Positions 30,315 through 40,944 of a stretch of DNA of 64,000 nucleotides are shown here, one piece after another. The stretch is taken from contig DEQO01000066.1 in NCBI GenBank assembly GCA_002360495.1, positions 10,563 to 74,562 of the forward strand, given 5' to 3'. The notes under the pieces are model-generated. The model did no database searches. It saw only the letters and a program-made list of their open reading frames with translations, and was not told where the DNA came from. Numbering within the stretch: position 1 is the stretch's first letter; the number at the start of each line of letters is the position of its first letter. The position numbers and the translations under genes were made by a program. The DNA is from Flavobacteriales bacterium UBA3364 (GTDB taxonomy: Bacteria; Bacteroidota; Bacteroidia; Flavobacteriales_F; PHOS-HE28).

Positions 30315-32108
30315 ATGGGTGCCACGCACACAGCACACGCCGCCGGCCACGGGCACGAGGCGCACCACCACGAGGAGAGCTTCATCTCGAAGTACATCTT
30401 CTCGCAGGACCATAAGATGATCGGGAAGCAGTTCCTGGTCACCGCGATCTTCATGGCCTGGGTGGCGGTGATCATGTCCTTGATCTTCCGCCTGCAACTG
30501 GCTTGGCCAGGGGAGGGCTTTGCCTTCACGAATTTCTTCCTCGGGGAAAAGTGGGCACCGGGCGGCATCCTGGACCCGAACATGTATCTGGCACTGGTCA
30601 CTATCCACGGCACGATCATGGTGTTCTTCGTGCTGACGGGAGGCCTGTCCGGGACGTTCGCGAACATGCTGATCCCCTTGCAGCTCGGCGCCAGGGATAT
30701 GGCCTCGGGCTTCATCAACATGCTATCGTACTGGTTCTTCTTCCTCAGCAGCGTGACCATGCTGGCATCGCTCTTCGTGGAAGGTGGTCCTGCTTCGGCA
30801 GGCTGGACCGTGTATCCGCCCCTGAGCGCATTGCCAAAATCGATCCCCGGCTCTGGCACGGGAATGACCTTGTGGCTCGTGAGCATGGTGCTCTTCATCG
30901 CGAGTTCGTTGATGGGCGGCCTCAACTACGTGGTCACCATCCTCAACCTGCGGACCAAGGGCATGAAGATGACCCGCATGCCGCTGACCATCTGGGCGAT
31001 CTTCCTCACCGCCGTGTTGGGCATCCTCTCGTTCCCGGTGTTGCTCAGCGCTTCGTTGCTGCTGCTGCTGGATCGTTCCATGGGGACCAGCTTCTATCTC
31101 AGCGACATCCACATCGCTGGCGAATCACTGGACCATATGGGCGGCAGTCCCGTTCTTTTCCAGCACTTGTTCTGGTTCCTGGGGCATCCGGAGGTATATA
31201 TCGTGTTGTTGCCGGCACTGGGTATCACCTCTGAGATCATCTCCACCAATGCGCGCAAACCCATCTTCGGCTATCGCGCGATGATCGGTTCAATCCTCGC
31301 GATCGGCTTCCTGAGCTTCATCGTGTGGGGTCACCACATGTTCATCACCGGGATGAACCCGTTCCTGGGTAGTGTCTTCGTGTTCACCACACTGTTGATC
31401 GCGATCCCCTCGGCGGTGAAGGTGTTCAACTACATCACCACCCTTTGGCGTGGTAACATCGTGCTCACACCGGCCATGTTGTTCAGCATCGGCTTGGTCG
31501 CGACCTTCATCGCGGGTGGTCTCACCGGGATCATCCTGGCCGATAGCGCGCTTGATATCAATGTGCACGATACCTACTTCGTTGTCGCCCACTTCCACAT
31601 CGTAATGGGTATGAGCGCCATCTTCGGGATGTTCGCGGGTATTTACCACTGGTTCCCGAAGATGTACGGCAAGATGATGAATACGCGCCTGGGCTACGCG
31701 CACTTCTGGGTGACGTTCATCTGTGCCTTCGGCGTGTTCTTCCCCATGCACTTCATCGGCCTGGCCGGTGCTCCGCGCCGCTACTACAGCTATAGCGAGT
31801 TCCCCATGTTCGATGGTGTCGTGGACCTGAACATCCTGGTGACCATCTTCGCCATCATCGGCGCCCTGGCCCAGGTGATCTTCACGTACAACTTCTTCTA
31901 CAGCATCTACCGCGGTCCGAAAGCAGTGCAGAACCCTTGGCGGTCGAACACCTTGGAGTGGACCACACCGGTGGAGCACATGCACGGCAACTGGCCCGGT
32001 CCATTGCCTACGGTGTATCGCTGGCCGTACGATTACAGCAAACCGGGCAAGGCCGAGGATTGGGTCAGCCAGATCACCCCGTTGGAACACGACGAGGAGG
32101 AACACTAG
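30315..32108 (+). CDS. ctaD: cytochrome c oxidase subunit I
   Basis: 597 aa with haem-copper oxidase signatures (WFLGHPEVYIVLLPALG, HHMFITGMNP, DTYFVVAHFH). Confidence 0.95.
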   Translation: MGATHTAHAAGHGHEAHHHEESFISKYIFSQDHKMIGKQFLVTAIFMAWVAVIMSLIFRLQLAWPGEGFAFTNFFLGEKWAPGGILDPNMYLALVTIHGTIMVFFVLTGGLSGTFANMLIPLQLGARDMASGFINMLSYWFFFLSSVTMLASLFVEGGPASAGWTVYPPLSALPKSIPGSGTGMTLWLVSMVLFIASSLMGGLNYVVTILNLRTKGMKMTRMPLTIWAIFLTAVLGILSFPVLLSASLLLLLDRSMGTSFYLSDIHIAGESLDHMGGSPVLFQHLFWFLGHPEVYIVLLPALGITSEIISTNARKPIFGYRAMIGSILAIGFLSFIVWGHHMFITGMNPFLGSVFVFTTLLIAIPSAVKVFNYITTLWRGNIVLTPAMLFSIGLVATFIAGGLTGIILADSALDINVHDTYFVVAHFHIVMGMSAIFGMFAGIYHWFPKMYGKMMNTRLGYAHFWVTFICAFGVFFPMHFIGLAGAPRRYYSYSEFPMFDGVVDLNILVTIFAIIGALAQVIFTYNFFYSIYRGPKAVQNPWRSNTLEWTTPVEHMHGNWPGPLPTVYRWPYDYSKPGKAEDWVSQITPLEHDEEEH

Positions 32109-32124
32109 AGAAGATCGAACGCAA

Positions 32125-32154
32125 GGACAAGGCCCTCGAACGAGGGCCTTGTCC
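32125..32154 (+). terminator. strong hairpin downstream of ctaD
   Basis: Perfect 14-bp stem GGACAAGGCCCTCG-AA-CGAGGGCCTTGTCC, starting 17 nt after the ctaD stop. No U-tract follows. Confidence 0.5.
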
Positions 32155-32369
32155 GTTATGGCAATGAAGGTCGTGCGTAGGTGCCGCGTTACTTGCTCCT
32201 GTCCGACGTGACCATGTGCACCATGGACCGGATCGAGTGAGGTGGACGGCTTGAACTTGACAGGATCCAAGCAAGGTCAATGTGATCGTTGTTGTTGTTT
32301 TCATGGGGTCAAAGGGACCCATGACCCGGTTGTTCTGTTCGCATCTTTGATGCGGACATCTTCTTTTCC

Positions 32370-33005
32370 ATGCGCTCTATAGCGTTGATCCTGTTGTTCT
32401 GGCCGCTCACGAACGCGAACGCGCAGCTGTTGGACAGCATCGCCCTGTTCACCCAGGAGCCGCCGAAACCCACCTTCAGCCTCGATTCGCGCGGGAGTTT
32501 CATCAGCAACCAGAACGTTCGTTTGCTGGGGGTGAAGGTGGGATTGGAGCACGCTGGACGCGTACGCTATGGGATCGGGTACAGTTTCTTGGGCACACCT
32601 GTGGAACGTGAGGAACAAGTGCAGGAGGGAGGAGCCACCCGTACGGTGACCACGCGCATGCGACTGGGATACGTGACGCCCTTCTTTGCTTACACCTTCT
32701 ACCGCCGCGGACCGTGGGAAGTGAGCATCCCCGTACAAATAGGCATCGGCGGCGGCTCGGTTGTGTACGATGATCTTGAAGGCAGGCGGCAGAAACTGAA
32801 GAGTGCATTCGTCTTCCTCTACGAACCGGCCATGGTGGTACAGTACCGGTTCCTGGAATACTTCGCGGTGGGTGGAGGCCTCGGCTATCGACTGGTCTTC
32901 ACCAATGCCAGCTTGGATGAGCGACTGAACGCCCCGGTCTACATCATCGGGGTGCGGATCTTCTTCGGTGATGCGTACCGGGACTGGCAGGAAAGCGTGG
33001 AGTAA
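32370..33005 (+). CDS. hypothetical outer-membrane beta-barrel-like protein with signal peptide
   Basis: [19 protein letters not shown] signal, alternating beta-strand pattern, aromatic C-terminal region. A near-consensus CATCTTTG box lies 20 nt upstream. Confidence 0.55.
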   Translation: MRSIALILLFWPLTNANAQLLDSIALFTQEPPKPTFSLDSRGSFISNQNVRLLGVKVGLEHAGRVRYGIGYSFLGTPVEREEQVQEGGATRTVTTRMRLGYVTPFFAYTFYRRGPWEVSIPVQIGIGGGSVVYDDLEGRRQKLKSAFVFLYEPAMVVQYRFLEYFAVGGGLGYRLVFTNASLDERLNAPVYIIGVRIFFGDAYRDWQESVE

Positions 33006-33019
33006 TTTCGGGGCATCCC

Positions 33020-34045
33020 ATGGCAGAGGTCTTCGATCCCCGCAACGAGCAGCGCTCCGCATCCGACAAGGAATTGGAACAGACCCTGCGTCCCAAACAG
33101 TTCGGTGAGTTCGCCGGCCAGAAGGCCGTGACGGACAACCTGAAGGTCTTCGTGCAAGCAGCCAAACAGCGTGGTGAGGCCCTGGATCATGTCCTGCTGC
33201 ATGGCCCTCCCGGATTGGGCAAGACCACCTTGGCGAACATCATCGCCCAGGAGATGGGTGTCGGCTTCCGCGTCACCAGTGGACCCGTCCTGGACAAGCC
33301 GGCGGATCTCGCTGGTCTGCTCACCAACTTGGAGCCGCACGACGTCCTCTTCATCGATGAGATCCATCGACTTACGCCGGTGATCGAGGAGTACCTGTAC
33401 AGCGCGATGGAGGATTACCGCATCGACCTCGTGATCGATGCCGGACCGAACGCGCGCACGGTCCAGATCGCATTGAATCCGTTCACGCTCGTCGGCGCGA
33501 CCACCCGCAGCGGCTTGCTCACCGCTCCGTTGCGTGCCCGTTTCGGCATCAACAGCCGGTTGGACTACTACGATGCGATCACGCTTAAAGGGATCATCAA
33601 GCGCAGTGCCGGCTTGTTGGATGTTCCGATCGTTGAAGAGGCCGCGCACGAGATCTCGCGCAGGAGCCGGGGAACACCACGCATTGCCAACGCCTTGTTG
33701 CGTCGCGTCCGCGATTTCGCGCAGATCCAAGGTGATGGTACCATCGACTTGGCCATCGCACAACATGCGTTAAGGGCCTTGAATGTGGATGCACACGGCC
33801 TCGACGAAATGGACAACCGGATCCTCGGGGCCATCATCGATAAGTTCAACGGTGGGCCCGTGGGTTTGAACACCGTGGCCACCGCAGTGGGCGAGGAGGC
33901 GGGTACCATCGAAGAGGTGTACGAGCCCTTCCTGATCATGGAAGGTTACCTGCAACGCACCCCGCGTGGCCGACTGGCTACGGAGCGTGCTTACCGCCAC
34001 TTGGGGAAAGTGCAGAGCGTGAAGCCGGGAAGTCTGTTCGAATAG
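33020..34045 (+). CDS. ruvB: Holliday junction branch migration ATPase RuvB
   Basis: Walker [12 protein letters not shown], Walker [10 protein letters not shown], and the [18 protein letters not shown] motif. Confidence 0.95.
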   Translation: MAEVFDPRNEQRSASDKELEQTLRPKQFGEFAGQKAVTDNLKVFVQAAKQRGEALDHVLLHGPPGLGKTTLANIIAQEMGVGFRVTSGPVLDKPADLAGLLTNLEPHDVLFIDEIHRLTPVIEEYLYSAMEDYRIDLVIDAGPNARTVQIALNPFTLVGATTRSGLLTAPLRARFGINSRLDYYDAITLKGIIKRSAGLLDVPIVEEAAHEISRRSRGTPRIANALLRRVRDFAQIQGDGTIDLAIAQHALRALNVDAHGLDEMDNRILGAIIDKFNGGPVGLNTVATAVGEEAGTIEEVYEPFLIMEGYLQRTPRGRLATERAYRHLGKVQSVKPGSLFE

Positions 34046-34087
34046 GGTCACTACTCGAAGACCCGCATCTCCCCCTAGCTTCGCGCC

Positions 34088-36382
34088 ATGTCGCAGGCGA
34101 AGCGCAGCGTCCTGTTCTATTTGGTGACCATCGCGGTCTTCGGTGCCGCGATCTACGGGATCATGGTCAAGGGCGAGGCCTTGCGACCTGGCGTGGTCGA
34201 TCTGCTGCCGGTCGCGGAAACGCAAACCCCGGGGGCTACGGCGGTGGATGCTTTCCTGCACACGCTCGACAGCAACATGCACCACCCGTTGGCGGTGCTG
34301 ATCATACAGGTACTGGCCATCATTGCCGCTGCCCGTTCCTTCGCCTATCTCTTCAATAAACTGGGGCAGCCGTCGGTCCTGGGCGAGATCGTGGCGGGCA
34401 TCGTGCTGGGGCCCTCGGTCGTCGGCTATTGGTTCCCGGACGTTTTCCATTTCCTGTTTCCCGAGGGATCGCTGGTGAACCTGCAGTTCATGAGCCAGAT
34501 CGGCTTGATGCTCTTCATGTTCGTTGTGGGCATGGAACTGGATCTGAAGGTGCTCAGCAAGCGGGCGCAGGATGCGGTCGTGATCAGCCATGCGAGCATC
34601 GTTATACCGTACGCGCTCGGCGTAGGTCTGGCGTATTTCCTCTACCTCGATTTCGCGCCGCCCACGATCTCCTTCAGCTCTTTTGCACTGTTCATGGGGA
34701 TCGCCATGAGCATCACTGCATTTCCTGTGCTGGCACGCATCATCCAGGAGCGCGGCCTTTCGGGAACGCGCATCGGAACGGTCGCCATCGCCTGCGCTGC
34801 AGCCGATGATGTCACGGCCTGGTGCATCCTCGCCGCCGTTATTGCCATCGTGAAAGCGGGCTCAGCGGCAAGCGCGTTGTTCACCATCGGTGCGTCGTTG
34901 GCCTATGTGCTCTTGATGATCCGCGTGGTGCGGCCTTTCCTGGTGCGTTTGGGTGACATCCACAAGGACCGCGAGACCATCAGCCGGCCGATCGTGGCGC
35001 TGCTTTTCCTCGTCCTGTTCGGATCGGCCTACCTCACGGAGATGATCGGCATCCACGCGCTTTTCGGAGCGTTCCTGGCCGGGGCTATCATGCCGCCTGC
35101 GCTCAATTTCCGCAAGGTCTTGATCAACAAGATGGAGGATATCAGCCTGGTGCTGCTGCTGCCGCTGTTCTTCGTGTTCACCGGCCTTCGCACCCGCATC
35201 GGTCTGCTGGATAGCGTGGATCTTTGGTTGGTCTGTGGTGCGGTGGTGGGCGTTGCCGTATTGGGCAAATTCGGCGGCAGCGCACTTGCGGCGCGCTTCA
35301 CCGGGAATAGTTGGAAGGACAGTCTCTCCATCGGCGCCTTGATGAATACACGGGGGCTGATGGAACTGATCGTGCTCAACATCGGCTATGATCTCGGCGT
35401 GCTCAGCCCGAAGATCTTCGTGATGATGGTGTTGATGGCCTTGCTCACCACCTTTATGACGGGACCTGCGTTGGACCTGATCGCCCGCGTGTTCCGTTCG
35501 GAGGAAGGGACAGAAGTGGACGAGCCGCGCGTGCTCACCCCGGGTTGGCGTGTGCTCGTCTCTTTCGGCCAGCCGCAGAGCGGGAGCAAATTGTTGCGCT
35601 TGGCCGGTCAATTGGCACGGAGGGACCAAGGGGTATTGAACGTGACGGCCTTGCACCTCTCCACGAGCGAGGACCTCAACCCGATCGAACGTGCCGATGT
35701 GGAACGCGAGAGCTTCGAGCCGGTGAAGGAGGAAGCCAAGCGATTGGGACTTCCGTTGGAGACCGTGTACAAGGTCAGCAGCGACATCTCACGCGACATT
35801 GTGCAGGTGGCCAACAGTGGTGGTTACGACCTCATGCTGGTGGGCTCGGGCAAGCCGCTGTTGCGCGGGACGTTATTGGGCGATCTGCTGGGCTTCACTT
35901 CACGGGCGTTGGATCCCAGCAAGCTGATCGGATCGCTCACCGGGCAAACGTCGTTGCTTCCAGCGGACGATCAATTGGATGAGCGCGTGCGTCAGTTCAT
36001 CGAAGGGTCGCAGTGCAGCGTCGGTATATTCCTGGACAAGGGATTCACGACGGCGAAGGAGATCCTGCTCCCCATTTTCGCTCCGGGCGATCTCTTCCTG
36101 TTCAATTACGCCGAGCGTTTCATGCGCAACGTGGAAGCGAAGGTCACCGTGCTGGATGTCGCCGGGCTCACCGCTCGCGAGCCGTCCTTCCAGGCGGAAG
36201 CTGCACGCTTGTCCAACCTTGCACCTGATCGGTTGGTGATCCTGGACCGTCGTGTGATGGACAAGACCCTGTTGGACCGGCATGCCTTCCTGTTGATCGG
36301 CTACGCGAGTTGGACACGATTGGCGGAAAGCAGGAGCGTATGGCTGGCCAACGTTCCCAGCACCTTGATCGTGAAGCCATAA
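34088..36382 (+). CDS. cation:proton antiporter (CPA2/Kef-type) with long cytoplasmic C-terminal domain
   Basis: About 420-aa Na+/H+-exchanger-like membrane domain (GEIVAGIVLGPS, FLFMFVVGMELD, GALMNTRGLMELIVLNIG) followed by about 340 aa of soluble sequence. Confidence 0.85.
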   Translation: MSQAKRSVLFYLVTIAVFGAAIYGIMVKGEALRPGVVDLLPVAETQTPGATAVDAFLHTLDSNMHHPLAVLIIQVLAIIAAARSFAYLFNKLGQPSVLGEIVAGIVLGPSVVGYWFPDVFHFLFPEGSLVNLQFMSQIGLMLFMFVVGMELDLKVLSKRAQDAVVISHASIVIPYALGVGLAYFLYLDFAPPTISFSSFALFMGIAMSITAFPVLARIIQERGLSGTRIGTVAIACAAADDVTAWCILAAVIAIVKAGSAASALFTIGASLAYVLLMIRVVRPFLVRLGDIHKDRETISRPIVALLFLVLFGSAYLTEMIGIHALFGAFLAGAIMPPALNFRKVLINKMEDISLVLLLPLFFVFTGLRTRIGLLDSVDLWLVCGAVVGVAVLGKFGGSALAARFTGNSWKDSLSIGALMNTRGLMELIVLNIGYDLGVLSPKIFVMMVLMALLTTFMTGPALDLIARVFRSEEGTEVDEPRVLTPGWRVLVSFGQPQSGSKLLRLAGQLARRDQGVLNVTALHLSTSEDLNPIERADVERESFEPVKEEAKRLGLPLETVYKVSSDISRDIVQVANSGGYDLMLVGSGKPLLRGTLLGDLLGFTSRALDPSKLIGSLTGQTSLLPADDQLDERVRQFIEGSQCSVGIFLDKGFTTAKEILLPIFAPGDLFLFNYAERFMRNVEAKVTVLDVAGLTAREPSFQAEAARLSNLAPDRLVILDRRVMDKTLLDRHAFLLIGYASWTRLAESRSVWLANVPSTLIVKP

Positions 36383-36393
36383 GTGGAGCGACG

Positions 36394-37326
36394 ATGCTCT
36401 CCCCTCGCGAGAATTCCGAACGGATCAAGGCGAAGGCCCGTGAGCTGGGGTTCCTTGCCTGCGGTATAGCCCGTGCGGAATTCCTTGCAGAAGAAGCTCC
36501 GCGCTTGGAGCGCTGGTTGAAAGCCGGGAAGCACGGTGATATGGGTTACATGGCGAACCACTTCGACCTGCGGCTCGACCCGCGCAGGTTGGTCGACGGG
36601 GCGAAGAGCGTGATCAGCCTGGCCTACAACTATTACACCCCGCCGAAGCAGGAGGATCCCGAGGCACCGAAATTGAGCACGTATGCCTACGGCCGCGATT
36701 ATCATAAAGTGGTGAGGCGACGAATGGAACCGTTGATGGTCTTCATCACGGAACAGTTCGGTGATCTGGCGATGCGGGCTTTCGTGGACAGCGGTCCGGT
36801 ATTGGAGAAGGCATGGGCGCAACGCAGCGGAATTGGTTGGGTCGGCAAACACACCAACGTTATCCGGCAGGGAGCAGGTTCCTACTTCTTCCTGTGCGAG
36901 ATCATCATCGATCTTGAGCTGGAACCGGACCCCCCTGCCACGGACCACTGCGGTACCTGCCGGCGATGCATCGACGCGTGCCCCACCGATGCCATCACGC
37001 CGTACGGTGTGGATGGCAGCAAGTGCATCAGCTACTTCACCATCGAGTTGAAGAGCGCCATACCGGAGGGTATGTCAGGGCGGTTCAACAACTGGGCCTT
37101 TGGTTGCGATATCTGCCAACAGGTATGTCCTTGGAACCGGTTCAGTACACCGCACCAAGAGCCGGAATTCGGGCCGAAACCTGAACTCATGGCCCTGTCA
37201 AAGGACGATTGGCACGGCATGACCGAGGTGGTCTTCGAGAAACTCTTCCACAACAGCGCAGTGAAGCGCACGAAGTACGAAGGGCTAAAGCGCAACCTGC
37301 GTTTCCTGGATACCGGTGTTGAATAG
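36394..37326 (+). CDS. queG: epoxyqueuosine reductase QueG
   Basis: ATG 36394 within ORF 36310..37326. Motifs GIGWVGKHTNVI, CGTCRRCIDACPT and CDICQQVCPWN. Confidence 0.9.
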   Translation: MLSPRENSERIKAKARELGFLACGIARAEFLAEEAPRLERWLKAGKHGDMGYMANHFDLRLDPRRLVDGAKSVISLAYNYYTPPKQEDPEAPKLSTYAYGRDYHKVVRRRMEPLMVFITEQFGDLAMRAFVDSGPVLEKAWAQRSGIGWVGKHTNVIRQGAGSYFFLCEIIIDLELEPDPPATDHCGTCRRCIDACPTDAITPYGVDGSKCISYFTIELKSAIPEGMSGRFNNWAFGCDICQQVCPWNRFSTPHQEPEFGPKPELMALSKDDWHGMTEVVFEKLFHNSAVKRTKYEGLKRNLRFLDTGVE

Positions 37327-37389
37327 AGGGCGGTTCCCTGTTCTCCTTGGGAGAGGTCCGGGACGAGGCCACCTGAAGGGCCGGGAGGC

Positions 37390-37608
37390 CTAACTCCGCA
37401 TGGTCGTTTGGAACACGTCCATGATCAAGTCGCGGTACATGTGCCCAAAGGTCGCAAGACACCAGGCCTTCAGAACCAATTGATCGTGTTGGCCCACCCA
37501 ACGTCGGGCCTTGATGAGTTCCTTCTTGAACAGCCGTTGGTCGAAACTGACCTTTTGGAGAACTTGCTTACTGAACTCCATCATCTTCCTGCCTTGGTCC
37601 ATCATCAC
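37390..37608 (-). CDS. small hypothetical protein (72 aa)
   Basis: Isolated ORF in an otherwise empty gap with helical, non-repetitive sequence (MEFSKQVLQKVSFDQRLFKKELIKARRW...). The start could be an internal Met. Confidence 0.45.
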   Translation of the reverse strand: MMMDQGRKMMEFSKQVLQKVSFDQRLFKKELIKARRWVGQHDQLVLKAWCLATFGHMYRDLIMDVFQTTMRS

Positions 37609-37759
37609 GGTTCGGCTTTAGCGAGGTTGAAGATAATACACCCTGGAAGCGAAATGGGAAATATTCGTCGAAGGGTTTTCCACCGCTGAACACACGAGTG
37701 GACAACGATAACGGCACGTTCCCGGGATCGGTATCGCTGGTTCGCGCAAAAAGTTGTTG

Positions 37760-38629
37760 TCAGGGCTGGAAGGTGCGTTCCTCGGCCTGCATGACCTCGT
37801 AGCTGGCGGTATTGTACGCATAGGCCACCAAGGCACAATGGGCCGGGTCCCAAGCGGCGTTGACCGGGAAATCCGCATACGTGAGGGTGAGGGTATCCCC
37901 GGCAGCGGCGCTTCCTGTGATCAACGGTACGCCCCAGGTCCCATTCACCGTGGTGCGCAGGACATGGCGATGATCATAGTCCTGCACATCGGGGTCGGGG
38001 AGGGAAGGGTCGCTGTCGTACTGCCAGTCCACCACATGGTCCTCGATCAGGTAGATGGTCAGGTTGTGGTCCCCGTCCACCGGGTTCAGGACCGCCACTT
38101 TCACCTCGGCCGAAACGGTGTTCGCCGCGCTATTGTAGGTCAGTTCGCTGAACCAGATGTCCATGTCGGCCGGTTCGCCGATAATGTCCGCCACGGCGCT
38201 CCCCCAAGCGGCTTCTCCTTGCAGCAGGCTGTTGTTATAGACCCTTCGGCTCACTGCGCCGTTGGGCAGGAAAGCGACGTCCAAGGCGGACTCATAAGCA
38301 TCCCCGGCCTCGGTCCGGAAATCCGTGGAGTAACTGCCATCGGCGTTCGGGGGCGAAACGGGTGCGGCGAAGGTGCTGGTCATGTGTATCCCGACCATGA
38401 TGAGGTCCTCGCCATAGAGGTCCTGAAGCTGGAGACCGATCGCCGCAGCCCCAGGGCAATTGTTGCAACGGTGCCCGGTGAAATCCTCCAACAACACCTT
38501 GCGTGTGACCCCCTCGCCGGTGATCGGATCGCCGCCACCGTCCACGATGGGCGAGCTCACATAGTCACAACCGGACACCAAGGCGATCACGAGGAGGAGG
38601 GGGAGTGCTGTGGAACGACGGACGGTCAT
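37760..38629 (-). CDS. Omp28-related outer-membrane lipoprotein with CxxC motif
   Basis: ORF 37760..38881; start moved to ATG 38629 (MTVRRSTALPLLLVIALVSGC lipobox). The EDFTGHRCNNCPGA motif fits my recollection of the Omp28-like family. Confidence 0.65.
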   Translation of the reverse strand: MTVRRSTALPLLLVIALVSGCDYVSSPIVDGGGDPITGEGVTRKVLLEDFTGHRCNNCPGAAAIGLQLQDLYGEDLIMVGIHMTSTFAAPVSPPNADGSYSTDFRTEAGDAYESALDVAFLPNGAVSRRVYNNSLLQGEAAWGSAVADIIGEPADMDIWFSELTYNSAANTVSAEVKVAVLNPVDGDHNLTIYLIEDHVVDWQYDSDPSLPDPDVQDYDHRHVLRTTVNGTWGVPLITGSAAAGDTLTLTYADFPVNAAWDPAHCALVAYAYNTASYEVMQAEERTFQP

Positions 38630-38631
38630 GG

Positions 38632-40346
38632 CTAGAAGGTCGTAGTGATCGAAAGGCTCAACCCGTTCGAGGCCGGCACCGTGCGGCAAACGCCGCCGAC
38701 GCAGAAGATCCCGGCCCGCTGCCTTCCGTAGTTCATCTGGAACCGGGTACCGTTGCGGATGTATCCGACCGAGCCGATGGGGTAGTGCAAGCGCTCCGGG
38801 GTCACTTCGGTCTTGCCGTCCTGTAGGAAGGTATCGTCGAAGGTCACATAGTTGAACTGGTCCATCACGGCCACGAACCAATGCGGGCTGAAGGTGAACT
38901 CGGCCAACGCGGTGGCCCAGTTGCCGTGGTCCTGTTCGGTGCGCAGGTGCTGAAGCTCGAACCGCACCGAGTTCTTGTCGGTGAAGTTGTGAAGGCCTTC
39001 CAGGATGAAAATATCCGCATGGACCACGGGCTTCCCGGCTTTCCCCTGGATAACGTCGATGTCATAGACAAGGTTCAGGTAGGTGAAGGCCAGTTCCCAA
39101 GTGGTGCTCAATCGTTTCCGAACCTCGATGTTGATGTCCTGGAAGTACATCCGGTCCCCGGGACGGAAGAAGTTGGTGGAATATCCATACCGCCGGGTGG
39201 TGTCATCCGCTGCGCCCAGGTCCGTTGAGTCCAGGGAGTAAGCGTTGGAATAGTTCAGGGCGATCTTGGTCCCGTATTTCCCACCGAGTTTGGTGCCCTT
39301 CTTCCACTTGTAGAAGATCTCGCCCTGTGCCGCGACCTCCCCATTCGGTTGTGTGGCGTAGGGGTAGAGGGTGGCCGGCAGGTTGTAGGTGTGCTGCTTG
39401 GCCAGCGGCGGGAGGAAATTGATGTTCAGGTCGAACGGGGTGGGCGAAGCCCTGTCGCTCTGGTAGAACATGTTGTCGTAGGTGTGCGCCCCGACACTGA
39501 CCCCCAGGCCTTTCACCGAATAGGTCGCATTCGCCAGTAGGGCCTGTCCATTCTTATAGATGAAGTCGTTGCGGCCATTGGGATCGTTGATCTTGTAGGC
39601 ATACTCCGTGTAGAGGTTCCAACGGGGCGTGGTGTAGTTGGCTCGGACGGCCCAAGCACCCACGTTCTCCGGTAGTTCCAAGGCGGGGTCCCGATCTTCC
39701 TGGTACTTGCTCACGAAGCTGGCCCCGATGATCAGGTTGTTCGCGCTGGTCCAGCTGCTGTCCAGCAGTTCGCTCAGACTTACCTCGGCATCGGCACCGC
39801 GCACGATACCCACCCCTTTCGTCAGGCCGTTGTCGAACCCGAAACGTTGCCGTCCGATGAAACCCTTCAGGTAAATGCCGGGGTGCGCTTTGTACTTGAG
39901 CCGGATCCCGTCCATGGCATTGTCCACACCGAGGTAGCGCTCCTCGTAGCTGCGGAACACCATACCCTGGCCGAATTGCTCGAAGAAATTCCCCGCGGTC
40001 ACCTCCAGGTCGCTCACCTTGAATTTGATGTAGCGGTAGCCGACACCGGAGCCGTTGTACTGGACACCTGCCGGGTAGCCGGCTAATGCGGGTTCGTAGC
40101 TCTCGAAACGGCCGCCGGCTTCAAAGTTCCCGTAGGTATAGATCAGGTTGGCCCAGGCATTGGCTGCCAAGCGTTGCGGTGGTACCACCGCTCCGATGGT
40201 CGAATCCACGTTGTAGTACTGTGCATCCGTGCTGAAGTTGCCATGGAGTTGCCCACCCTCTTGGGCGTAGGCGTTCCCCAAAGCACTCAAGAACAGGGCG
40301 CACGTGGCACCACGCAACACGGTCGTTCGGCTCATCCGTGCAAATG

Positions 40347-40350
<4 letters not shown>
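38632..40350 (-). CDS. predicted outer-membrane beta-barrel (DUF6029-like)
   Basis: Signal peptide ...ALFLSALGNAYAQ, Tyr/Gly/Asn-rich alternating strands, C-terminal ...LSLSITTTF. Overlaps the tlpA-like stop by 4 nt and ends 2 nt before the Omp28-like start. Confidence 0.65.
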
Positions 40351-40844
<494 letters not shown>

Positions 40845-40870
40845 GGGTAGGTTTTTAGGGTGTCAAACGA

Positions 40871-40915
40871 AAGGTCAGCGACCGCTGGCAACTCGCGTGC
40901 CGGATCGCTGACCTT
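40871..40915 (-). terminator. hairpin downstream of the interrupted thioredoxin-like gene
   Basis: 11-bp perfect stem AAGGTCAGCGA ... TCGCTGACCTT with a 23-nt loop, between the 40945 gene end and the tlpA-like start. Confidence 0.35.
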
Positions 40916-40944
40916 CCGATAGACAGTCAAGTGAGGGACCTGAC

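Noticed and set aside
32074-32322. 82-aa minus-strand ORF with a lipobox-like start (MKTTTTITLTLLGSC)
   Set aside because: It reads through the strong ctaD terminator hairpin and overlaps the ctaD 3' end, so it is probably fortuitous.
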